Translations under genes and position numbers: made by a program
Shown: positions 1-7,263 of the stretch, piece by piece
Layout: the number at the start of each line of letters is the position of its first letter
How positions within the stretch are numbered: position 1 is the stretch's first letter
The notes under the pieces: model-generated
Told to the model about the DNA's origin: nothing
Seen by the model: the letters and a program-made list of their open reading frames with translations, nothing else
Databases searched by the model: none
From: an uncultured archaeon
Lineage (GTDB): Archaea; Asgardarchaeota; Thorarchaeia; Thorarchaeales; Thorarchaeaceae
NCBI GenBank assembly: GCA_964590575.1
Contig: CAZPWM010000082.1
Location: 1 to 13,926, forward strand
Direction: 5' to 3'
Length of the DNA: 13,926 bases

Positions 1-528
1 CGCGTCTTCGACCATCCCAGGATACATGATATCTGCACTGTCAGCATAGCCTGTAGAATCCATGATGATTTTTGAGAGCGCCCCTCTCATCCCGACTCTG
101 TCCACAGCTTTTGCAATCCCATCGAAACCATATCTGGTGTGAATCATACACTCGATGAAGGATGTGGTTCCTGTTCGAATCATCTCAGCCATGCATAGCT
201 CAGCAGAAACTCGACCATCATTCTTTGTGAAATTACCCTGTAGAACCCAGACGTATTTCTTGAGCCAATCAACAAGAGAAACGTCATCAGCGCACCCCCT
301 GATGAGTGCCTGGGCAAGATGCGTATGCGTATCTATGAGGCCAGGCATGATAATCTTGTTCTTAGCGTCTAGGACGAGCTCAGCCTTGTAACCCTTCAAA
401 TCCTCAGTCTTTCCGACATCTGCAATAGTATCATTCTCAATATACAGAGACCCATCAGTGATAATCTCACGATTGGGATTTAGAGTGAGCATGTATCCGT
501 TCTTGATGAGGATTGATTTCGGTGGCAA
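1..528 (-). CDS. Metal-dependent amidohydrolase, MtaD/AtzA/SsnA (nucleoside/heterocycle deaminase)-like; 3' end runs off the window
   Basis: Not in the ORF track. Manual translation from TTG at 528: MPPKSILIKNGYMLTLNPNREIITDGSLYIENDTIADVG...IIMPGLIDTHTHLAQALIRGCADDVSLVDWLKKYVW...AEMIRTGTTSF. It has the HxH metal motif and the GTT motif. A strong SD (AAGGAGGT, minus strand 537-544) lies 8 nt before the TTG. Confidence 0.9.
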   Translation of the reverse strand, partial: MPPKSILIKNGYMLTLNPNREIITDGSLYIENDTIADVGKTEDLKGYKAELVLDAKNKIIMPGLIDTHTHLAQALIRGCADDVSLVDWLKKYVWVLQGNFTKNDGRVSAELCMAEMIRTGTTSFIECMIHTRYGFDGIAKAVDRVGMRGALSKIIMDSTGYADSADIMYPGMVEDA

Positions 529-536
529 TAGTTGTT

Positions 537-544
537 ACCTCCTT
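537..544 (-). promoter_or_regulatory. Shine-Dalgarno site for the amidohydrolase
   Basis: The reverse complement of ACCTCCTT is AAGGAGGT, 8 nt upstream of the TTG start at 528. Confidence 0.75.
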
Positions 545-598
545 ACAGACCGAATGTCCACTCTTGTGGGACATAACAGTTACGGTGAACCTAGTTTA

Positions 599-2395
599 TC
601 AAGCAATCTGGAATTTGATAACAATCTGCAGACCTTGGTCAGGCTTGCCTTTCACCCTATCTTTCACCTCAGGTGCACAACCATACTTCTCCGCAAGCCG
701 TCTTACAAGATGCAGTCCGACGCCACCATACCGTCGTGTGGGGTCAAAGAGGACGAGTTTTTTATCATCGTCAAGTCCGGCACCATTATCAGAGATACTC
801 AGTTCGAAGGTCTTCCCTGAAACTTTGCCCTTGATCTTAACTTCCTTTTCAGCATCATCCTTAGGATTATGAATAACTGCATTTTCAAGAAGATTCCATA
901 CTAACTGACTCAAAGCTTGATCAGCAACTACCATCACATCTTGAGGCATTTTTCCAGTATCTACTCGCACTCCCCTTTGTTTGAATAACAGCTCTGATTC
1001 TGCTTGAACTACCTTGCTTAAGTTCATAGGACCAAGTGGCACAGTCTTGGACTCCTCTGCTTTTCTAATCTTCTGGATAAGCTCTAGGCATCGGAGAGTA
1101 CCATCCATGACATATCTCTTGGACCTCATGATTTGGTCAGGGGATGCATCTTTCTCTAGGAAGTCACCGCCAGCTAAGATAAGTTGAAGCTGATTCCCAA
1201 TATCGTGAAGTAAAAGGTCAAGAAGGAAGTGCACTTCAGCCTCTGTCTTTTTCAAATCAGAAACATCAGTAAATATTGCTATACTACCTAAAAATTCGCC
1301 ATCGGGACCTAGCAATGGAGATGCAGAAACCATAACTGGTACCAATCCTCCAGATTTGTGCTTGAGCAATGCCTCATAATGGTCAATTTTACCCTCCTTT
1401 CGCTCCTCCATCTTTTCATGCACTTTGTTCTCAGTCCAACCATGTAAAATATCGGTAATAGGAATTCCAATTAATGATTCAGGGACATCATAACCCATCA
1501 TTCTGCATAATGCATCGTTTGCCAGAACCATCGCGCCTTCAGCATTGTCAACACCTAGACCAGAGTCCATTGTTTCAATGAGTGATCTGTATCTCCGTTC
1601 ACTTTCTTGAAGTGCGTAGGCGCTACGTTTCTCATCGGTGATATCGATAAGTTGTGCTACGGTCTTGATTTGTCCATCACGGCTTCGTATGGTTCCAACA
1701 TTCATTCGAATGTCGACGGCCTCGCCATCTTTACGTATCACTTGGAACTCGTAGACGGAGGGGACAGTTTCACCTTTCTGTCGTTTGCGGTACCTTTCAG
1801 CCACTAATTCCACGCTGGAAGGATGCAAGAATTCTCTAAAGTCATGACCAAGGATTTCAGTTCGTCTACGACCAAGAATGTCGCACATTTTGTCATTGAC
1901 ATATTCAAATTGGTATTTATCGTTGACAATGATAATACCGCTGAAGCTATAATAATCAACCATAAACTCCAGAATTTCTTTCCTTGCAATGATCTTCTCT
2001 TCTGCTGCGACCCTGCGACTAAGGTCGATGGCATAAACAATAAAACCAATTGTCTTTCCATCCTTGACTACCCTATTGGTGTAAGCTTGAGTTGGCACTA
2101 AAGCTCCATCACCACGCACTACTCTCAATGAAATTGAAGTTGGAAACATACCATTACTTAGTAATTTGAGAGCTTGGTCCACCAGATCTTGCTGTTCAGG
2201 AGCTACCAAATCATGAACTGTTACCCCAGCGTCTATTGTTTTCAAATCCATTTTGAGTAATTCAAGAGCTGCACGATTCGCATAACAGAGAATGGACTCT
2301 TCATCAAACTCAACCACTGGAATGTGCATGGTGTCAGCTACTTCACGAAATGACTTCCTATCTGGGGACGGTTTTCGCTCATAAGATTCGCTCAT
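599..2395 (-). CDS. Soluble PAS-domain sensor histidine kinase (3 PAS/PAC + HisKA + HATPase)
   Basis: 598 aa. Three PAS repeats (YANRAALELL, YVNDKMCDILG, LANDALCRMMG), H-box HDIGNQLQ, N-box NLLENAVIHN, G1 DNGAG and G2 GGVGL. No obvious TM helix. Confidence 0.93.
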   Translation of the reverse strand: MSESYERKPSPDRKSFREVADTMHIPVVEFDEESILCYANRAALELLKMDLKTIDAGVTVHDLVAPEQQDLVDQALKLLSNGMFPTSISLRVVRGDGALVPTQAYTNRVVKDGKTIGFIVYAIDLSRRVAAEEKIIARKEILEFMVDYYSFSGIIIVNDKYQFEYVNDKMCDILGRRRTEILGHDFREFLHPSSVELVAERYRKRQKGETVPSVYEFQVIRKDGEAVDIRMNVGTIRSRDGQIKTVAQLIDITDEKRSAYALQESERRYRSLIETMDSGLGVDNAEGAMVLANDALCRMMGYDVPESLIGIPITDILHGWTENKVHEKMEERKEGKIDHYEALLKHKSGGLVPVMVSASPLLGPDGEFLGSIAIFTDVSDLKKTEAEVHFLLDLLLHDIGNQLQLILAGGDFLEKDASPDQIMRSKRYVMDGTLRCLELIQKIRKAEESKTVPLGPMNLSKVVQAESELLFKQRGVRVDTGKMPQDVMVVADQALSQLVWNLLENAVIHNPKDDAEKEVKIKGKVSGKTFELSISDNGAGLDDDKKLVLFDPTRRYGGVGLHLVRRLAEKYGCAPEVKDRVKGKPDQGLQIVIKFQIA

Positions 2396-2542
2396 AGTCC
2401 CACTTCTACTTTAGTTGCTGACTCTATACCAACGCGAGAGTGAATGTAGGGCGTGTGGGTCGTCACGAATTTTCTTCATATACTTTAGTAGTACAAAGGG
2501 TTTACACCTGTTGCCAAGAACTTGGACCAACCTGGACATTTC

Positions 2543-2563
2543 TTTGATGGATGTAGCATCAAA
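2543..2563. promoter_or_regulatory. Perfect inverted repeat TTTGATG-N7-CATCAAA, candidate transcription factor operator
   Basis: 7-bp arms in the divergent kinase/WOR intergenic region, about 25 nt upstream of a TATA-like box. Confidence 0.4.
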
Positions 2564-2588
2564 TGGGTGCTTCTTATCCTGTAGGCCC

Positions 2589-2594
2589 TTATAT
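2589..2594 (+). promoter_or_regulatory. Putative archaeal TATA box for the ferredoxin-WOR1 operon
   Basis: TTATAT. Normal spacing would put the TSS near 2613-2620, where the hairpin-rich leader begins. Confidence 0.4.
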
Positions 2595-2612
2595 CCTTCA
2601 AAAATGAATCAT

Positions 2613-2880
2613 GTGATGTAGTTGGATCCTGAGACGAAAGCCAAGTCTATGGATTGTTCTACTGTCACCGTCAGTTTGCCGGAGACTCAAACTGCCTGTG
2701 GAGAGGATGTAAGACGTTGTGATTCTTCTGGAATCACGATGCAGACCTCGGCGAAGCAGGAACCGAACATCAGTCACGGATCGTGATGTCCAAGATTGTC
2801 TAAGTTTCGGGGAACGGCAACAACTTAAAGTGGCCGTCGTAAGAGGAAGAAGGCTGAAAATCAATTGGAGAGGCCACCTA
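2613..2880 (+). ncRNA. Candidate structured 5' leader / cis-regulatory RNA (Moco/Tuco-riboswitch-like)
   Basis: Hairpins found by eye at 2613-2668, 2672-2694, 2715-2741, 2767-2789, 2801-2827 and 2830-2877. There is a receptor-like CCUGAG/UAUGG internal loop and a GAGA-containing loop. The element lies directly upstream of a tungstoenzyme operon. Confidence 0.45.
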
Positions 2881-3372
2881 TTGAAAAGCTTCCTGATAGT
2901 CGATCTCCACAAATGCACAGGTTGTAGAAATTGCGAGTTGGCATGTTCTGCGGCGCATACCAATTCTTTCAATCCTAGACGATCGAGGATACAGATTCTA
3001 AAGGACGAAGTACGCAACCTAGTGGTTCCAATGGTCTGTCTTCAATGTGAGGTGCCACTCTGCGAGCAAGCATGTCCAAATGGTTCGATTTCTTATAATG
3101 AGAGAGGAACCCTTGTAGTTGACAGTAAGGTGTGTATCGGATGTATGAACTGTGTCACTGCTTGCATCTATGGAGGAATCGAAATTGACCCAAGGACACT
3201 GAAGGCAGTGAAGTGTGATTTGTGCGGAGGAGACCCAGCCTGTATCAAGGCATGCGAATACAAAGCTATCAACCTTGTCGATGCAAGAGTGGAGGGACAT
3301 AAAGCAAGGAGAGCAGGTATTGACATAGCCTATCAAACTGCGGGGTTGAAAACAGGAGAGGTACAAGAATGA
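2881..3372 (+). CDS. 4Fe-4S polyferredoxin (DmsB/HybA-like) electron-transfer subunit of WOR1
   Basis: Four complete Cys groups (CTGCRNCELAC, CLQCEVPLCEQAC, CIGCMNCVTAC, CDLCGGDPACIKAC). Start reassigned from 2719 to the in-frame TTG at 2881, with SD-like GGAGAGG at 2867-2873. ATGA overlap with the next gene. Confidence 0.9.
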   Translation: MKSFLIVDLHKCTGCRNCELACSAAHTNSFNPRRSRIQILKDEVRNLVVPMVCLQCEVPLCEQACPNGSISYNERGTLVVDSKVCIGCMNCVTACIYGGIEIDPRTLKAVKCDLCGGDPACIKACEYKAINLVDARVEGHKARRAGIDIAYQTAGLKTGEVQE

Positions 3373-5297
3373 CATTTCCATACAAGGGATATGCAGGATT
3401 CTACCTTGATGTAGACCTGACAAAAGGGAAAGTTCACAAGAAGGAGCTTGAGAAGGAATGGGTAAGGCTCTATCTTGGAGGAACCGGAGTTGCAGCCAAG
3501 ATTCTATGGGACCGTACTGGTCCTGATACAGATCCTCTTGGCCCCGATAATGTTCTGGTTGTTGGAACTGGCCCCCTCACGGGCGCTATGTTCTCACCCT
3601 CTGGAAGAATGATGTTTGCGGCAAAAGGACCACTCACTGGGGTATGGGCTGAGAGCCATGTTGGTGGATTCCTTGGACCGGAGATCAAGTATGCGGGTTT
3701 TGACTTTGTCGTGTTCAATGGACGCTCAGAGAAACCCGTCTATCTCTCGCTTCGGGACGGTAAAGCAGAGCTTCTCGACGCATCACACCTCTGGGGTAAA
3801 GAAACAGATGTTACCACCAAGATGATGCGTGAGGACCATAAGGACCCTACATTGGAAACAGGAGTAATTGGTCCAGCAGGTGAGAATAAAGTACTGTATG
3901 GTTCCATTATTGTCGACTTTTATCGAGCTGCAGGTAGAGCTGGGTTGGGGGCTGTTCTCGGATCAAAGAATGTCAAGGGAATTACAGCAAGTGGTTCACA
4001 GGGGTTAGAGGCTTATGACATGGACAAATTCCTTGAGGCCAATAAAAAAGAAATGGAGAAACTACAAGACCCCCTCTGGACAGACTCACTATCATCACTG
4101 AGAAAATATGGAACAACTGACCTCGTTGCCATCATTAATGAGATTGGTAGATTGCCAACTAAGAATCATTGGACAGGATTCTATGAAGATGCTGATGACA
4201 TAGGTCCTGAGATCATTGCTGAGAACTACAGAATTGCACAAGAAGCGTGCTACGGTTGCGCTATTGGATGTAAGTACATTATTCGTGTCAATGAAGGCAA
4301 GTATTCTACTGGACCGGTTGGAGGACCAGAATATGAAACGCTCATGGCTTTCGGTTCAAATTGTCTCAATAATAATGTCGAATCTATTTTCCATCTTGGG
4401 AAGCGATGTGACCTTCTTGGAATGGACACTATAAGTTGTGGAAAGACAATCGGTTTTGCAATGGATCTCTATGAACAGGGAATTATATCAGCCAAGACCA
4501 CTGACGGACTGGACCTTAGCTGGGGCAATGCTGAATCACAGGTTGCACTAGTTGAGAAAATAGCCAAGCGTGAAGGATTCGGAGACATGCTTGCCAACGG
4601 GGTCAGAAATGCTGCAGAAGTGATTGGAGGCGATGCTTGGAGGTACGCAGTTCATGTTAAGGGTCTCGAAGCATCCGGACAAGATCCCCGAGCCCATCAG
4701 AGTATCGGATTGACTTACGCAACCAATGTGAGAGGAGCAGACCATCTACGAAGTCTCTCGAGTCTGGAAGAACTGGGTTATCCTGACATTGTCATTGAAC
4801 GGTTTGGCAAGGAGAAGGCAGAAGCCATCTTGGATATTATGTCACCAGTTCACAAGGGACAGGTTGTCTGGGACATGGAAGATTTGTACGCAATTGTTGA
4901 CTCAGCTGTAATCTGCAAGTACGGAACGATGTGGCCACCAGTCTATTACTATGACACGTTTGTGAACGTGATACCGCATCTCACAGGAATGACTGAGTGG
5001 GGAGACCCGAAGTTTGTCAAGAGAGCTGGAGAGAGAATCAGTCATTTGAGAAGAGCCTATAATCACAGACTCGGTGTGACTCGTAAAGAAGAAACTCTGC
5101 CACCAAGGCTGTTGGAAGACCCAATGCCTACAGGACCTTCAAAGGGCGGTCTCCCAGACCTTGACTATATGCTTGATGACTACTACAAGTTTCGAGGCTG
5201 TGATCGTGAAACGGGTTATCCAAAAGAAGCTAAGCTGAAAGAACTTGATCTTGATTTTGTAATCGAGGATCTCAAACCCCGCGGAATGACAAGGTAA
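3369..5297 (+). CDS. aor: Tungsten-containing aldehyde:ferredoxin oxidoreductase family protein (WOR1)
   Basis: 642 aa. AOR motifs: DPLGPDN, GPLTG, IGPAGE, GRAGLGAVLGSKNVK, CYGCAIGC, GPEYET, GMDTISCG, RGADH, and YYKFRG near the C-terminus. Substrate is unknown. Confidence 0.95.
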   Translation: MTFPYKGYAGFYLDVDLTKGKVHKKELEKEWVRLYLGGTGVAAKILWDRTGPDTDPLGPDNVLVVGTGPLTGAMFSPSGRMMFAAKGPLTGVWAESHVGGFLGPEIKYAGFDFVVFNGRSEKPVYLSLRDGKAELLDASHLWGKETDVTTKMMREDHKDPTLETGVIGPAGENKVLYGSIIVDFYRAAGRAGLGAVLGSKNVKGITASGSQGLEAYDMDKFLEANKKEMEKLQDPLWTDSLSSLRKYGTTDLVAIINEIGRLPTKNHWTGFYEDADDIGPEIIAENYRIAQEACYGCAIGCKYIIRVNEGKYSTGPVGGPEYETLMAFGSNCLNNNVESIFHLGKRCDLLGMDTISCGKTIGFAMDLYEQGIISAKTTDGLDLSWGNAESQVALVEKIAKREGFGDMLANGVRNAAEVIGGDAWRYAVHVKGLEASGQDPRAHQSIGLTYATNVRGADHLRSLSSLEELGYPDIVIERFGKEKAEAILDIMSPVHKGQVVWDMEDLYAIVDSAVICKYGTMWPPVYYYDTFVNVIPHLTGMTEWGDPKFVKRAGERISHLRRAYNHRLGVTRKEETLPPRLLEDPMPTGPSKGGLPDLDYMLDDYYKFRGCDRETGYPKEAKLKELDLDFVIEDLKPRGMTR

Positions 5298-5401
5298 TGA
5301 CAGAGGGATTTATTCAGTGGGAGTACCTTTAAGTAACATATCAGAAAGCCGGTATTTGTTAATGGATTGCCTGTTTCAAGCATAGAAGGCGAATAGCGAG
5401 T

Positions 5402-7207
5402 ATGATGCAAGGGAATGCAATGCGGCGTCAGGTGTTTCTTTACACGTTAGGGGCATTCATTGGAGTCGTTTCAGGTTTCACGGCAGTTCTGTTCAGACTA
5501 CTTATTCTCAGTATTAGTCAAGTTTTTGTCATCATCCCGCAGGTTCTGGGTATTGCCGGTTGGATAATTGTTCCTGCTCTAGGCGGCTTGATTGTTGGGT
5601 TTATTGTTGTTAGATATGCACCCGAGGCAAAGGGACATGGTGTACCAGAGGTCATCGAAGCATACGCAATTCATGGTGGGAAGATCCGTTTTCGTGTTCC
5701 GCTTCTGAAAAGTTTTGCTTCTGCTATCTGCATAGGTTCAGGAGGCTCATGCGGTAGAGAAGGACCCATTGCACAGATTGGTGCAGGTGCAGGTTCTGTA
5801 GTTGCAACCATATTCAATCTTGATAAAAAGGAGCGAAAGACTCTACTTGTGTGCGGACTTTCATCAGGGATAGCTGCTACTTTCAACGCACCTTTGGGTG
5901 GAGCTCTCTTTGGAATCGAGGTTTTAGCGGCAGGTATAATCGGGTTCTCAATTCTACCAGTAATTCTAGCATCAGTTGTTGCTACAGCAATAGCAGATTT
6001 GATACTTGGAACTGCTGTTTCCTTCCAAGCACCACTTTTTGTGATGGGACATCCACTTGAGCTTGTTTTCTATCTTATTCTAGGAATCGCATTCGGTGGT
6101 ATTAGTGTCATCTGGATGAGAGGGTTCTACTCCATAGAGGACCTACTAGAAAAACTCCGAGCTTCAAAGTACATACTTCCAGCAATTGGAGGCATACTGA
6201 CGGGCCTTCTCGCATTTGGAGCCATCTACTTGGAGAACGTTTTTGCATACTCAGGAGAATTCGCTACCAACCAACCTTATTATCCAGCGATAATGGGAGT
6301 GGGCTATGCTTTCATAGATGCAACGCTGATTGGAAATGTAGCAATAGGAGCTCTATTTCTCTTTGGTATAATGAAAATTCTTGCGACCAGCTTCACTCTA
6401 GGGTCTGGCGGCTCTGGTGGTGTATTTGCGCCAACTCTTTTCATAGGGGCGGCGTTTGGCGGTGCATTTGGTTTGGCCTTTTCCGCGCTCGTGCCTTGGG
6501 CTGTCCCGCATCCTATGGCATTTGCACTAGTTGGTATGGCTGCGCTCTTTGCTGGGTCTGGACGCGCTCCTATCACGTGTATTGTGATGTTGATGGAAAT
6601 GACAGCAGATTATTCATTGATACTACCATTGATGATTGCAGTGTCCGCATCGTTCTTTGTTTCTTCACTTATTGAGCCTGAAAGCATTTACACAATGAAA
6701 CTGTCCAGAAGAGGGGTGACAATCCGTAGTGGGCATCATGTTTCAGCCCTCAAGATAATAACAGTCAACGAAGCGATGACCACAGATCCTACAGTATTAC
6801 ATCCAACACAGACCACATCTGAAGTCTTTGAAATCATAGACAGGACACATCACACAAAGTTCCCTGTTCTAGATGACTTTGGTAACGTCATTGGTATATT
6901 GATAGCTGAGGACCTTTTCCATGACCCCAAGGAAGATGGTAGTGAATATCAAGTTAGAGAACTCATGAATCCAGACTTCTTGCGCCTTTCACCAGGATGT
7001 ACTGTTGACAGCGCACTTCAAGCAATGATGAAACGAGATGAGGGACATGCGGTAATAGCTAATCCGAAGGATCCGCACCGGATGATTGGCTACATTACCA
7101 AAGCAGACGTTCTCAAGGCTTACGAAATTGCAATCATCAGGCTTCAAAAATCTGGTATCGATGTGGAGGATATTGATCCCGCAGATGTCATAAATGTGGG
7201 TGAATAA
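5402..7207 (+). CDS. CLC-family anion channel/transporter with C-terminal CBS pair
   Basis: 601 aa and hydrophobic. Motifs GHGVPE, GGSCGREGP, FNAPLGG, GGVFAP and SIYT, followed by two CBS domains. The exact start (5402/5405/5420) is uncertain. Confidence 0.93.
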   Translation: MMQGNAMRRQVFLYTLGAFIGVVSGFTAVLFRLLILSISQVFVIIPQVLGIAGWIIVPALGGLIVGFIVVRYAPEAKGHGVPEVIEAYAIHGGKIRFRVPLLKSFASAICIGSGGSCGREGPIAQIGAGAGSVVATIFNLDKKERKTLLVCGLSSGIAATFNAPLGGALFGIEVLAAGIIGFSILPVILASVVATAIADLILGTAVSFQAPLFVMGHPLELVFYLILGIAFGGISVIWMRGFYSIEDLLEKLRASKYILPAIGGILTGLLAFGAIYLENVFAYSGEFATNQPYYPAIMGVGYAFIDATLIGNVAIGALFLFGIMKILATSFTLGSGGSGGVFAPTLFIGAAFGGAFGLAFSALVPWAVPHPMAFALVGMAALFAGSGRAPITCIVMLMEMTADYSLILPLMIAVSASFFVSSLIEPESIYTMKLSRRGVTIRSGHHVSALKIITVNEAMTTDPTVLHPTQTTSEVFEIIDRTHHTKFPVLDDFGNVIGILIAEDLFHDPKEDGSEYQVRELMNPDFLRLSPGCTVDSALQAMMKRDEGHAVIANPKDPHRMIGYITKADVLKAYEIAIIRLQKSGIDVEDIDPADVINVGE

Positions 7208-7234
7208 GTCTATCAACGGATACCCGGAGAACTC

Positions 7235-7240
7235 TTTATG
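7235..7240 (+). promoter_or_regulatory. Putative TATA box for a leaderless transcript of the DHOD-like gene
   Basis: TTTATG about 24 nt upstream of ATG 7264, with no clear SD. It is followed by a TGATA-A-TATCA palindrome (7242-7252). Confidence 0.4.
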
Positions 7241-7263
7241 TTGATAATATCATAGGTCACAGT

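Noticed and set aside
155-872. Plus-strand ORFs 155-391, 458-820 and 513-872
   Set aside because: They are antisense shadows of the amidohydrolase and kinase genes, with no motifs.
2649-2786. 45-aa small ORF (MDCSTVTV...) in the leader
   Set aside because: No SD and no recognisable motif. The region is better explained by RNA stems, although a leader peptide is not strictly excluded.
2719-2880. N-terminal 54-codon extension of the ferredoxin ORF in the ORF track
   Set aside because: It is Arg-rich and not domain-like, and it overlaps the hairpin region. The TTG at 2881 has an SD and gives a length matching the paralog at 12297.
2596-2880. RNase P RNA, SRP RNA, tRNA or SECIS as the identity of the structured region
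   Set aside because: I saw no RNase P or SRP conserved motifs and no cloverleaf on either strand. There is no in-frame UGA at a Cys position in the neighbouring genes.
2415-3423. ORFs 2415-2621(+), 2598-3017(-) and 3019-3423(-)
   Set aside because: No motifs. They overlap promoter/leader sequence or lie antisense to the ferredoxin and AOR genes.
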